Positions 24,024 through 34,500 are shown, counted from the stretch's first letter. The stretch is DNA of 64,000 nt from Candidatus Limnocylindrales bacterium (GCA_038245515.1 JBBRSJ010000009.1:624-64623); one strand, 5' to 3'. Notes: generated by a model from the letters alone, not told the origin. A program made the numbers and translations.

Positions 24024-24351
24024 GAGTACAGGTATCCCTCCGATGCGGCGTCGGCCACGCATGGACAGCGTGTCGACGGCGTCGCTCCCTCCAGGCATGG
24101 CGATCCGGACGGAATCGATGTCCGCGATCGCCGGATCGTGGCCGTCGGCGGGCGCCTGAGTTCGGGCGCGACGGCATGCGCGGGGCAGCGCCAGATAGGT
24201 CCCGGCAATGTCCTTTCCCCCTGCGCCGTCTGCGGCGACGGCGAGCCAGTGCGATAAGTACCCACCGAACGTAACACCACTTGACCCCTCGGAACCTCAC
24301 CAAAACGGATGACATCGGGGGGCGACGGACCGGCCGCGCATTGACGCCGTC

Positions 24352-24909
24352 TCAGATCGGTCGGTCCCGATCTCCGGCGAGCAGCATCTGCGGTACCTGG
24401 CGGAATCGATACCGCGCACCGGATCGGTCAGGCTCGAAGATCCACAGCATGTCGTACCGATCGTCCGGCCAGACGGACGGGATGGACACGCCTTCGCCGC
24501 CAAGCGTCGTCGCAAACAGCGGGATCATCTTGTGTTCCCAGGCCACCACGACCACCCCCTTGGTGGACCGGACGGCAGCGACGAGCTCGCCGATCTGCGC
24601 CTTGAGGAACCTCCCGTCGATGGCGATCCCGAGACGCTCGCACAATGGCTCGAGCGTCTGTCGCGGCCGTTGGCTCTGACTCGCGTCCTCCCCGACGCGG
24701 GAGGCGAACAGATGGGTGGGCGTGGGCAGGATCGGTGCCGCGGCGGGCTCCGCTCGCGGGACGAACAATCCGACCAGCGCTCCCGCGCGCTGCCAGCCGC
24801 GAACGGACAATGATTCGGGATCCCGATTCCCGTCCGGCCCGACACTGAAGGGCGCCAGATCGCCGAGCTGCTTCTCGGCGTGGCGCAGGATCGTGACCGT
24901 CGGCAGCAT
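24352..24909 (-). CDS. Histidine phosphatase superfamily protein (branch 1, PGM/CobC-like)
   Basis: The RHAEK catalytic motif near the N-terminus, SVRGWQRA, and a distal AWEH histidine. Confidence 0.75.
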   Translation of the reverse strand: MLPTVTILRHAEKQLGDLAPFSVGPDGNRDPESLSVRGWQRAGALVGLFVPRAEPAAAPILPTPTHLFASRVGEDASQSQRPRQTLEPLCERLGIAIDGRFLKAQIGELVAAVRSTKGVVVVAWEHKMIPLFATTLGGEGVSIPSVWPDDRYDMLWIFEPDRSGARYRFRQVPQMLLAGDRDRPI

Positions 24910-24911
24910 CG

Positions 24912-25799
24912 TCAGCCTCCGTCGCGTGGTGGCGCCGCCGCGGGGTGGGTTCCTCCCGGTGTCGGGAACACCCGCAGGAGGGCCTCATCGGTTGGCGTCG
25001 GGCCGAGCCCAAGGCGGGCGCCGATCCGGGCGGCCAGCGGCGGCTCCAGGAACGTCGACGCCAGGATCGGCCAGGCGGGCTCGGCGAACACCTCGGCCGG
25101 CGAGCCGTCGAGGACGATCCGGCCGGCCCGCATGACGATGATCCGCTCGAATACCTCGGCGACGAACCGCATGTCGTGGCTGATCGCGATCACCGTCCGA
25201 CCGGCGGCCGACAGGTCGGCCACGATCCGATGGATCCGGGCCACGCCGCGCGCGTCCTGGCCGGTCGTCGGCTCGTCGAAGACGACGACCGGCGTCTCCA
25301 TCGCGAGGATCGATCCGAGCGCGAGCAGCTTGCGGCGCGAGTAGCCGAGGTCGTACGGGTTGGCGTCGGCATCCTTGTCCAGCCCGGTCGCGGTCAGCGC
25401 GTCGGCAACCGCCCGGTCGAGATCGGCCCCGATCCGGCCGACGTTGCGCGGCCCGAACGCGATCTCGCTGCGGACCTTGCCCGCGAAGATCTGGCGGTCG
25501 GGATCCTGGAACGCGAGGCCGACCGTTCGCGCAAGATGGGCGACCCGCCGGCCGACGGCGTCGACTCCATCGATGAGCACGCGGCCCTCGGTGGGGCGGA
25601 GTAGCCCATTGAAATGGCGAACGAGCGTCGATTTGCCCGACCCGTTCTGGCCGACGATCGCGACCCGCTCGCCGCGACCAATCGACAAGTCCACCCCGTC
25701 GAGGGCGCGCGTCTCGCCGGCGTAGACATGGACGAGGGCCTCCGTCCGAATGGCCGCGGGCGCGGCCATCGCGGGCGCAGCCGCCACGGGCACCGTCAC
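24912..25799 (-). CDS. ecfA: ECF transporter ATPase component
   Basis: Walker A GQNGSGKSTL, FQDPDRQ, signature YDLGYSRRK-like region, Walker B VVFDEPTTGQD. 4-nt overlap with the upstream ATPase gene. Confidence 0.85.
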   Translation of the reverse strand: MTVPVAAAPAMAAPAAIRTEALVHVYAGETRALDGVDLSIGRGERVAIVGQNGSGKSTLVRHFNGLLRPTEGRVLIDGVDAVGRRVAHLARTVGLAFQDPDRQIFAGKVRSEIAFGPRNVGRIGADLDRAVADALTATGLDKDADANPYDLGYSRRKLLALGSILAMETPVVVFDEPTTGQDARGVARIHRIVADLSAAGRTVIAISHDMRFVAEVFERIIVMRAGRIVLDGSPAEVFAEPAWPILASTFLEPPLAARIGARLGLGPTPTDEALLRVFPTPGGTHPAAAPPRDGG

Positions 25800-26614
25800 G
25801 ACGCGCCCGCCGCGAGCGCGTCGCCGACCACGCCCGGATCGAGGCCTCGCTCAGCCAGGCTTCGGGCGAGCCGGGCCCGGGCCGGTCGGTCGACCCCGAG
25901 CTCGTCGAGCCGGGGATCGTCGAAGACCGTTGCGGTTGGCCCGTCGAGCACGATCCGCCCACCGTCGATCGCGAGGATCCGGCTGCAGACCCCATCGAGC
26001 AGGTCCGTCTTGTGCTCGGCGATCAGCAGCGACGTCCCCGTCGCGGCGAGCTCACGGAGCGCCTCACCGACGAGCCGTGTGCCGGCCGGATCGAGCTGCG
26101 CCGTCGGCTCGTCGAGGATGATGTGGCGCGGTCGCATCGCGAGCAGCGACGCGATTCCGACGAGCTGGGCCTGGCCGCCTGACAATCGCTGCGGATCGCG
26201 CAGGACCAGGGCCTCGAGCTTGAGCCGGGCGATCGCCTCGCGGGTCCGCTCGACGGTCTCGGCGACGGCCAGCCCGAGGTTCATCGGGCCGAGCGCGATC
26301 TCCTCGAAGACCGTCGCCGCGACCCCGGAGCGCTGCGTGTTCGGGTTCTGGAAGCCGACGACGACCCGCTCGGCGAGCTGGTGCGTCGACATCCCCGCCG
26401 CGGGCGTCCCATCGAGCGTGAGCGTTCCCTTCAGGCTGCCTCCGATCGACGCCGGCGCGAGACCTGACGCGACGAGGCACAGGGTCGACTTACCGGCCTC
26501 GTTCGGCCCGACGAGCCCGACGATCTCGCCGTCGTCGAGGCGCAGGTCGATCTCGTGGAGGACCTCGGTTGCGTAGCCCGCGTAGCGGTACGAAACGCCG
26601 CGCAACTCGAGCAT
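25796..26614 (-). CDS. ecfA: ECF transporter ATPase component (second)
   Basis: Walker A GPNEAGKSTL, FQNPNTQ, signature LSGGQ, Walker B IILDEPTAQLD. Confidence 0.85.
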   Translation of the reverse strand: MLELRGVSYRYAGYATEVLHEIDLRLDDGEIVGLVGPNEAGKSTLCLVASGLAPASIGGSLKGTLTLDGTPAAGMSTHQLAERVVVGFQNPNTQRSGVAATVFEEIALGPMNLGLAVAETVERTREAIARLKLEALVLRDPQRLSGGQAQLVGIASLLAMRPRHIILDEPTAQLDPAGTRLVGEALRELAATGTSLLIAEHKTDLLDGVCSRILAIDGGRIVLDGPTATVFDDPRLDELGVDRPARARLARSLAERGLDPGVVGDALAAGAS

Positions 26615-27453
26615 CAGGGCAGGCTCGGGAAGGTGCCCGTGATGCGGGCGACGATCGCGCCGAGCAGCGCGAGCAGGAGGCTTGCGCGGACCGCGAGCTG
26701 GGCAGGGCTGTCGGGGATCCGCCAGAGCAGGTTCCGGCGGCCCGGCCGGCCGAACGCCCGGACCTCGAGCGCCAGGCTCCGCTCCTCAACCTCGGTCAGC
26801 GACGACAGGATCACTGGTCCGACGAGCGGCAGGACCCCGCGCAGGCGGGCCCGGATGCTGCCTTCCGTATCGAGCCCGCGCGCCCGCTGGGCGCTGCCGA
26901 TGACGCCGGCCCGCTCGACCATCGCTGGCACGGCCTCGAGCGTGGCAAGGGCGACGAACGCGAACCGGGGCGAAAGGCGTCGCCGCTCGAGGTCGAGGAC
27001 GAAGCTGCGTGGCTCCGTCGTCAGCCCGAAGAGCCCGATCGAGGTCGAGATCGCAAGCAGCCGGACCAGCGTCTGGCCGGCGAAGTCGACGCCCTCGGAC
27101 GTGGCGTCGAAGGGCCCGATGGAGAACAGGACATGGGTGCCGGCCCGGGTGAAGACGCTGACGAGGACGACCGAAATCGCGATCGGCAGGGTCAGCAGCA
27201 GCGAGACCCGGACGAGCCGGCCGGCGACGCCGGCGATAACCGCGGCCGGGAGGATCGCGAGGGCGATGATCGCGAGCGGCCCGAGATACCCGCCGATGAC
27301 GAAGGCGCCGAGCGACTCGACCGTCGCGGCGACGGCCTTGGTCAGCGGGTTCAGGCGGTGGTACGGCGACGGCGCCGCCGGTGCCAGCGCAGCGAGGAAG
27401 GCGGCGTCGTCGGCCGAGAGAGCGTCGGCGCCGCCCGAGGTCGCGGGGTCGAT
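26614..27453 (-). CDS. ecfT: ECF transporter transmembrane component EcfT/CbiQ
   Basis: My own translation gives a continuous frame: ...SPYHRLNPLTKAVAATVESLGAFVIGG...LERRRLSPRFAFVALATLEAVPAMVERAGVIGSAQRARG.... This includes the EcfT-like HRLNP start region and ARG coupling motifs. There is no in-frame ATG, GTG or TTG upstream of 26931, so the 5' end was placed provisionally at the ATC at 27453, 9 nt after a GGAGG. Confidence 0.7.
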   Translation of the reverse strand: MDPATSGGADALSADDAAFLAALAPAAPSPYHRLNPLTKAVAATVESLGAFVIGGYLGPLAIIALAILPAAVIAGVAGRLVRVSLLLTLPIAISVVLVSVFTRAGTHVLFSIGPFDATSEGVDFAGQTLVRLLAISTSIGLFGLTTEPRSFVLDLERRRLSPRFAFVALATLEAVPAMVERAGVIGSAQRARGLDTEGSIRARLRGVLPLVGPVILSSLTEVEERSLALEVRAFGRPGRRNLLWRIPDSPAQLAVRASLLLALLGAIVARITGTFPSLP

Positions 27454-27457
27454 GGGC

Positions 27458-28537
27458 TCAGGCCTCCGCCAGGCCGACGGCCTGTTCGCCCTGCGGGAAG
27501 CGCGCGACGAATCGGCGGCTGAGGGCGCCGAGGATCGCGAAGACGACGAAGAAGGTGAGCGTCTTGTCGATCGGATCGGAGAACAGGCCTTGCTTCAGGA
27601 CGGCCGTGCCCAGGTCGTCGCCGGCTTTCTGGAACGCGGCGACCAGAAGGTCGGTCCCCGAGCCCGTCACGCCGCCGAAGACGATCGACGAGATCGGCGC
27701 CGAGATGATCGCCGAAATGATCCCGCAGGTCAGTCCCGCGATGAAGACATAGGCAGCGCCCAGGTCCCGTCGGACGAAGAGCAACGCGAGCAGCCCGACG
27801 ATCGCGGCGATGAGCAGCAACGCCACGAGCCAGCCGAGAATCACGAAGATCGCGTCGGGCGCCGGCTTCGTCGGATCGGCCGGCAGGAAGAAGGTGAACT
27901 GGCCGTTGCTGTAGAAGGGCAGGAACCCGTAGTAGCCGATGATCGCGACGATCGCGACGACCACGACGGCCCCGATCACCAGTCGGTTCGTCGATGCGTT
28001 CGGGCGGCTCCGGAAGAAGCCGAGACGGCCGAAGATCCCGGCAGCCAACCCGATCTCCACGGCGACGATGAAGAACGGCGCCGCGTAGTCGGAGTGGAAG
28101 GGCGCGGGCAGGACGTATGTCCAGATCAGGTTGGCCAGGCCGCCGGTTAATGCGCCGGCGATCGGACCGGCGAGCACGCCGACGAGGATCGTCCCGATCG
28201 AGTCGAGGTAGATCGGCACCTTCAGGGCGGCGGACACCGTCTGGCCGAGGATGATGTTGATCGCGATCGCAATCGGGATCAGGACGATCGTCCGCGTGTC
28301 GAACTGCGAGGTGATCGACTCGAGCCGTCCCGTCTGTGTGTACTCGGTGACGGCGTAGGCGAGGAGTCCGACGATCAACGCGGCGGCGATGATCGCGATC
28401 ACCGAGTTGAACCCGACCGGGACGCCCGTGGTCTTGCTGGGAGTCAGGTCGATCGCGCCCGCGACGTTGATGCCGATGACGAGGACCACGAAGAACGCGA
28501 CGATCCCGACGAGCGCTCGCAGCCAGGTGCTGGCCAT
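27458..28537 (-). CDS. ECF transporter substrate-capture (S) component, unusually large
   Basis: A polytopic membrane protein. The S-component-like core is TRTIVLIPIAIAINIILGQ...SIGTILVGVLAGPIAGALTGGLANLIW. Good RBS (GGAGGAG). At 359 aa it is much larger than the ~180-200 aa typical of S components. Confidence 0.7.
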   Translation of the reverse strand: MASTWLRALVGIVAFFVVLVIGINVAGAIDLTPSKTTGVPVGFNSVIAIIAAALIVGLLAYAVTEYTQTGRLESITSQFDTRTIVLIPIAIAINIILGQTVSAALKVPIYLDSIGTILVGVLAGPIAGALTGGLANLIWTYVLPAPFHSDYAAPFFIVAVEIGLAAGIFGRLGFFRSRPNASTNRLVIGAVVVVAIVAIIGYYGFLPFYSNGQFTFFLPADPTKPAPDAIFVILGWLVALLLIAAIVGLLALLFVRRDLGAAYVFIAGLTCGIISAIISAPISSIVFGGVTGSGTDLLVAAFQKAGDDLGTAVLKQGLFSDPIDKTLTFFVVFAILGALSRRFVARFPQGEQAVGLAEA

Positions 28538-28610
28538 GTGAACTCCTCCATGCCTCCCACGCCCGGCTGCTCTCGCACCGCTCGCGGGTCAACCCTCCGC
28601 GGCTAGTGTG

Positions 28611-29684
28611 CTACGTCGGGAGGGCCGCCGCCAGCCGGCCGACGCGCTCGACGAACCGCCGCAGGAACTCCGGCGCGTCGGCCTCGACCGCGACATCCGC
28701 GTTCGGCGGCCGCTTCCAGACTCCCCGCCAGTCCGCCACCGTCTGGCCCGTCGTCAGCGTCCCGCCGAGCTCGATGTCGACCGCGACCGGCACCGTCCGG
28801 ATCAGGGAGGGGTCGAGGGCGGCCGCGACCGCCAGCGCATCGTGGATGAACGCCCCGTAGAACCCGTCGTAGTCCGCGTGGAACTCCATGTAGAAGCGGA
28901 GCGCGTCGGCGACAAACCGAACGATCGGGTTGCTCGCGACTGAGCGGGTCGCTCGCATCGGATCCTCGCTGCGCCCGAGCGCCAGCGAGTCGTCGGGCGT
29001 GCTGCCGGCCGCCCGCGCAAGCGCGACCACGTGATCGGGCAGGATCTTCGCCTGCTCGGTGACGTCGAGGCCGAGGGCCACCGCGAGCCCGTGGCCGTGG
29101 GCGGCGGCGGACTCGCCCCACGCCTGGAAGGCGATCTTCGCTGCTTCCGGATCGCAGTGGATGTTCCACTCGGTCGTCGGCGCGGTGTTGCCGGGGTGGC
29201 GGTAGGCGCCGCCCATCAGGACCCAGCCCTTGAGCAGTTGTGGCAGTGCCGGCTCGCGGAGGATGGCAAGGGCGAGATTCGTCAGCGGCCCGCAGGTGAC
29301 GAGCGTGATCTCGCCCGGGCGCCGGTGCGCTTCGTCGAGGATCACGTCCACCGCGTGGCGCTCGCTGAGCGGGCGGCTCGGCGCCGGCAGCTCGGCGTGG
29401 CCGAGACCCTGCGGTCCGTGCGTCTCGGGCGTGGTCTCGATCGGCTTGACCAGCGGCCGGTCACGGCCGAGCGCCACCTCGACGTCGGTCCGGCCGGCAA
29501 GCTCGAGGACCGAACGGGTGTTGATCTCGACCTGATGGGCGTCGACGTTGCCGCCGACGCAGGTCACGGCCACGAGCTCCGCCTCCGGGGTCGCGGCAGC
29601 GTAGAGGAGCGCGAGCGAATCGTCGATGCCGGTGTCGACGTCGATGATCAGCGGGATGGTCGTCATTTCCGGAAGGTAGCGCAC
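28611..29684 (-). CDS. Nucleoside hydrolase (IUNH family)
   Basis: The N-terminal IIDVDTGIDDSLAL (DxDxxxDD Ca/ribose-binding motif), TNLA, and the WNIHCDPEAA region. The start may instead be the second Met (MTTIPL). Confidence 0.85.
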   Translation of the reverse strand: MRYLPEMTTIPLIIDVDTGIDDSLALLYAAATPEAELVAVTCVGGNVDAHQVEINTRSVLELAGRTDVEVALGRDRPLVKPIETTPETHGPQGLGHAELPAPSRPLSERHAVDVILDEAHRRPGEITLVTCGPLTNLALAILREPALPQLLKGWVLMGGAYRHPGNTAPTTEWNIHCDPEAAKIAFQAWGESAAAHGHGLAVALGLDVTEQAKILPDHVVALARAAGSTPDDSLALGRSEDPMRATRSVASNPIVRFVADALRFYMEFHADYDGFYGAFIHDALAVAAALDPSLIRTVPVAVDIELGGTLTTGQTVADWRGVWKRPPNADVAVEADAPEFLRRFVERVGRLAAALPT

Positions 29685-29693
29685 CGACGCTGC

Positions 29694-30302
29694 TCAGCGA
29701 GGGGCGCGCCACATGGTCGTGATCGCGCGCGACTCGTCGATCGTCAGGAACCCGCCGACGGCCTCGAAGCCGACCGAGCGATACCGGTCGTCATTGAGCG
29801 GGTTCGTCGATTCGAGATAGGCCGGCAGGTGGAGATCGTCGAGCCGTCGCAGGCCGGATGCCAGCAGGGCCATGCCGATGCCGCGACCGCGATGGTCGGG
29901 ATGCGTCGCCAGCAGGCTCAGGTACGCGTGAGGGGGCTCTCCCGGATGGTTGGCGTCGAAGCGATCGACGAGGTCGTGGAACCTGCCGGCAGCTTCCGTG
30001 CCGAGGACGGCTTCGAGGGCTGCGCCCAGGTGGGCCTGCCCGTCGTCATCGAGCTCGGTCCCACCGGGGGGGATCCACACGGCAACCGCCGCACCGTCGC
30101 CGACGACCGACGACCACGGGTACTGCAGGGCGCCCTCGACGAGGATCCGCCACAGGGTCGCCTTCGCCGCGCGTGCGGTCCGGTCGCCGCTCATCGCCGG
30201 CCCCCAGACCGGGTCGGCCTCGAACGCAAGCGCGATCGTCGTGGTGACGAGATCGAGGTCGTCGGGCCCGGCGACGCGCGGAAGGACGTCGGCCATGGCC
30301 AT
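29694..30302 (-). CDS. GNAT-family acetyltransferase
   Basis: The HRGRGIGMALL motif A, followed by the C-terminal YRSVGFE. Confidence 0.75.
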   Translation of the reverse strand: MAMADVLPRVAGPDDLDLVTTTIALAFEADPVWGPAMSGDRTARAAKATLWRILVEGALQYPWSSVVGDGAAVAVWIPPGGTELDDDGQAHLGAALEAVLGTEAAGRFHDLVDRFDANHPGEPPHAYLSLLATHPDHRGRGIGMALLASGLRRLDDLHLPAYLESTNPLNDDRYRSVGFEAVGGFLTIDESRAITTMWRAPR

Positions 30303-30354
30303 CAGATCGGAAGGCGCTGCGGACGGACGATCAGGATCGGGTCGTACGGCATCC

Positions 30355-31380
30355 TCAGCGCCAGCCGAGGTCCGGGGCCACGAGACGCAGGACGCTGTCG
30401 AGGACGTGGGCGTTGTAGTCGACGCCGAGCTGGTTCGGGATCGTCAGGAGCAGCGTGTCCGCGGCGGCGATCGCCTCGTCCGCGGCGAGCTCCTTCACCA
30501 GCTTGTCCGGCTCCCCCGCGTATGACTTGCCGAATCGGGCAGCGCCGCCGTCCAGGTAGCCGACCTGGTCCTCGCTGCCGGTCTCCCGGCCGAAGTACAT
30601 CCGGTCCTCGTCGCTGACGATCGGGAAGATGCTGCGGCTGACCGAGACGCGCGGCTCACGCTGGTGGCCGGCCGCCTTCCAGGCATCCCGGAACCGCTGG
30701 ATCTGCTCCGCCTGGAGCTGGTGGAATGGCACCCCGGTGTCCTCGGTGAGCAGCGTCGAGCTCATCAGGTTCATGCCCTGCTTCGCGGTCCACTCCGCGG
30801 TCTCGCGGGTTCCGGCGCCCCACCAGATGCGGTCGCGGAGTCCCGGCGAGTGCGGCTCGACCCGGAGCAGGCCGGGCGGGTTGGCGAACATCGGGCGCGG
30901 GTTGGGCTGAGCGAACCCCTCGCCCTCGATCACGTCGAGGAACACCCGGGCGTGCTCACGGGCCATGGCTGCGTGGTCGGAGCCCTCGGCGGGCTCGTAG
31001 CCGAAGTAGCGAAACCCGTCGATGACCTGCTCCGGTGACCCGCGGCTGATCCCCAGCTGAAGCCGTCCGGCGGAGATCAGGTCGGCGGCGCCGGCGTCCT
31101 CGGCCATGTAGAGCGGGTTCTCGTAGCGCATGTCGATCACCGCGGTGCCGATCTCGATCCGGCTGGTCCGTGCCCCGATCGCGGCGAGCAGCGGAAAGGG
31201 CGAGGCCAACTGGGACGCGAAGTGGTGCACCCGGAAGTACGCGCCGTCGGCACCGAGCTCTTCCGCCGCGACCGCGAGCTCGATGGACTGGAGGAGCGCG
31301 TCCGTGGCCGAGCGTGTCTGCGAATGCGGCGACGGCGTCCAGTGGCCGAAGGACAGGAACCCGATCTTCTTCATGGTCAA
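30355..31380 (-). CDS. LLM-class (luciferase-like) flavin-dependent oxidoreductase
   Basis: KIGFLSFGHW..., AEELGADGAYFRVHHF, and GRLQLGISRGSPE, typical of the LLM family. Confidence 0.85.
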   Translation of the reverse strand: MTMKKIGFLSFGHWTPSPHSQTRSATDALLQSIELAVAAEELGADGAYFRVHHFASQLASPFPLLAAIGARTSRIEIGTAVIDMRYENPLYMAEDAGAADLISAGRLQLGISRGSPEQVIDGFRYFGYEPAEGSDHAAMAREHARVFLDVIEGEGFAQPNPRPMFANPPGLLRVEPHSPGLRDRIWWGAGTRETAEWTAKQGMNLMSSTLLTEDTGVPFHQLQAEQIQRFRDAWKAAGHQREPRVSVSRSIFPIVSDEDRMYFGRETGSEDQVGYLDGGAARFGKSYAGEPDKLVKELAADEAIAAADTLLLTIPNQLGVDYNAHVLDSVLRLVAPDLGWR

Positions 31381-31509
31381 CGAACTCTAGCGGGCGCCGG
31401 CAGGTGCTGGGCTGAAGCCTTCCGTGACGTACCCGAACCGGCAGACCCGCGCGGTCGCGCCCGGCTTCCGGGCCGTGGGATGGCGCTTGTGTCCCGTTAG
31501 ACTGCGGCC

Positions 31510-34500
31510 ATGGGGACCTGTCCCGCGTGCGGCCGCGATCGCCCAGCCCGGCTGCCCTACTGCGGGTATTGCGGTCACAGGTTCGCCGACGTCGAGCCCC
31601 TGCCCGAGGTCAGCCGGATCGTCACCTTCCTGACATCCGACCTCCAAGGCTCGACCGCGCTGGCCGAGAAGCTCGACCCGGAGACGCTGCGCGAGGTCCT
31701 CGACCTCTATTTCGACGCCATGCGCCTCGTCTTCGAGTCCCATGGCGCGATCATCGAGAAGATCATCGGCGACGCCATCCTCGCGGTGTTCGGACTTGGG
31801 GGAACGCGGACCGACCACGCCGTCGAGGCCGTCCGTGCGGCAGCCGAGGGTCAGGCCGCGCTCCAGGCGCTCAATGCCCGGCTGGACGCACGGTGGGGCG
31901 TCCAGCTCGTCAATCGAACGGGCATCGCCGGCGGTCCTCTCACTGTCCGGGCAGCGAGCGCCGACGAGCACATCCTCACCGGCGAGGTGATCCAGCGGTC
32001 CGGTCGGCTCGAGCAGGCGGCACCGCCCCTCGAAGTGCTGCTCGACGAGGCCACCTTCGCTGCCGCGAGCTCGCTGGCCGGCGTGTCAGCCGAGCCGTTC
32101 GAGGCCCGGCCGAAGAATCCGGTGATCAATCCGGACGGCACGACGGCGTTCATCCCGTCCTTCCGGCTCATCTCGGTCGAGCCGGCATCGCGTGCCCCGG
32201 GCGCCGTGCCGGCTGAGTCGAGCGGCGGCCGAGCCTGCTCGAACTGCGGCACCGCCAACCCCGACGACTTCGGCCGCTGCGGCGGATGCGGGGCGCAGCT
32301 CGTCGGCACGAGGGGCGCGGAGCGGCGCAAGGTCGTGACGATCGTCTTCGCCTTCCTGGACGCTCGCGACAGCGCCGGCGAGGACCTGACCGCGGACGCC
32401 CAGCGCGAGGTCATGGCGCGGGCATTCGAGGCGTCGCGGGCCGCGCTGGCACGCCACGGCGGCACGATCGAGAAGTTCATCGGCGATGCGGTCATGGCGG
32501 TCTTTGGGCTTCCGGCGCGACACGAGGACGACGCGCTGCGAGCCGTGCGCGCCGCGCTCGACATGCGCACGGGACTCGTCCTGCTCGGAGAGGCGCTCCG
32601 CCAGGAGTCGGCGATCCACTTCGAGGTCGCGATCGGGGTCAACACGGGCGAGGTCATCACCGGCGAGGCGAGCCTGGGTCAGCGTCTCGTGACCGGCGAC
32701 GCGGTGAACGTGGCGGCGCGGCTCGAGCAGGCCGCCGCTCCCGGCGAGATCCTGCTGGGCGACCTGACGGCCAGGCTCGTGCGCGACCACGCGACGCTCG
32801 AGCAGGTCGCGTCTCTGACCCTCAAGGGCAAGTCGCAGCCTGTCCCGGCACACCGGGTGCTCAGTGTCCAGGGCGCCTCGATCGTGGCCAGCGTCCCGAC
32901 GACGGCGATGGTCGGCCGCGAGGCCGAGATGCGGCTGTTGACGGACTCGCTCGAGACGGCGGCAGCCGAGCGCGTCTGTCGGATCGTGACCCTCGTCGGC
33001 GACGCAGGCGTCGGCAAGACGCGCCTTTCGAAGGAGTTCCTCGAAGCCGCGCGCGCGCAGGCCACGATCGTGAGCGGCCGCTGCCTCCCGTATGGCGACG
33101 GCATCACCTTCTGGCCCGTCATCGAGGTCGTCCAGGGCGCGGCCGGACTGGCCGAGTCGGACACGCCGGCGAAGGCAATCCGGAAGCTCCGGCGCCTCAT
33201 CGGCGACAAGGCGGTGGTCGATCGCGTGGCGGCGGCGGTCGGCTTGCGTGACGCGCCGTTCCAGATCGGCGAGCTGTTCTGGGGCATCCGCCGGTTCCTG
33301 GAGATCCTCGCCGACGGCAAGCCGCTCGTCGTGGTGTTCGACGACATCCAGTGGGCCGAATCGACCTTCCTCGACCTGCTGGGCCACCTGACCGAGAACG
33401 TGCACGACGAGCCGATCCTGCTCTTGTGCATGGCCCGCCACGCTCTGCTCGAAAAGCAGCCGACGTGGGGCCAGGGGCCGGACGAACGGACCATCGTTCT
33501 GTCGCCGCTGTCGGACGCCGATGCGGGGCGCGTCACCGACAACCTCCTCGGCGAGGTCGGGCTGGCGGATGCGGTGCGGAACCGGGTCGTCACCGCGGCC
33601 GAGGGCAACCCGTTGTTCGTCGAGCAGCTGGTCTCGATGCTCAAGGAAACCGGCATGCTGCGGCTCGTCGAGGATCGCTGGGAGCCCGCCGGCGACCTGT
33701 CCACCCTGGCCATCCCACCGACCATCCACGCCCTGCTGGCCGCCCGCATCGACCAGCTGCCCGAGGGCGAGCGGGCCACCCTCGACCCCGCCTCCGTGAT
33801 CGGCCTCGTGTTCCCCCGGCTCGCGCTCCAGGCGATCATCGACGACGACGTCCGCGACGAGGTTCCGGAGCGCCTCGATGCGCTCACGACCCGGCAGCTG
33901 GTGCGCCCCACGGATCCGGCCGACGTCGAGAACGACGAGTATCGATTCACCCACCTGATGATCCGGGACGCGGCCTACGCCGGACTCCTGAAGCGCACGC
34001 GGGCGCGCCTCCATGAGCGGTTCGTGGCGTGGGCCGACGAGGCCAACCGGGCGTCCGACCGGGCGACCGAGTTCGAGGAGATCCTCGGCTATCACCTCGA
34101 GCAGGCGTGCCGCTACCTCTCAGAGCTCGGGTCGCTCGACGAGCACGGCTCGGCCCTCGGCATCGACGCGTCCGGCCGCCTGGCCTCGGCCGGCCAGCGG
34201 GCCTTCGTGCGCGGCGACATGCCGGCGACCGCCAACCTCATCCGTCGGGCGGTCGACCTGTTGCCGGACGATCACGCGGCGAGGCCCGGCCTGCTGTTCC
34301 AGCTGGCTTTGGCGGTCACGGAGATCGGCGAGGTCGGCGCTGCCGAAGACGCCCTCGCACTGGCGGCCGAGGCCGCGGCGAGGCTCGGGGACATCGGGCT
34401 GGAAACCACGGCCAGGCTCGAACGCGTGATGGTCCAGTACAACGCCGATCCGGCCAGGGTCGAAGGCAACATCGAGGAGAAGATTCGCGAGAGCGTCGTC

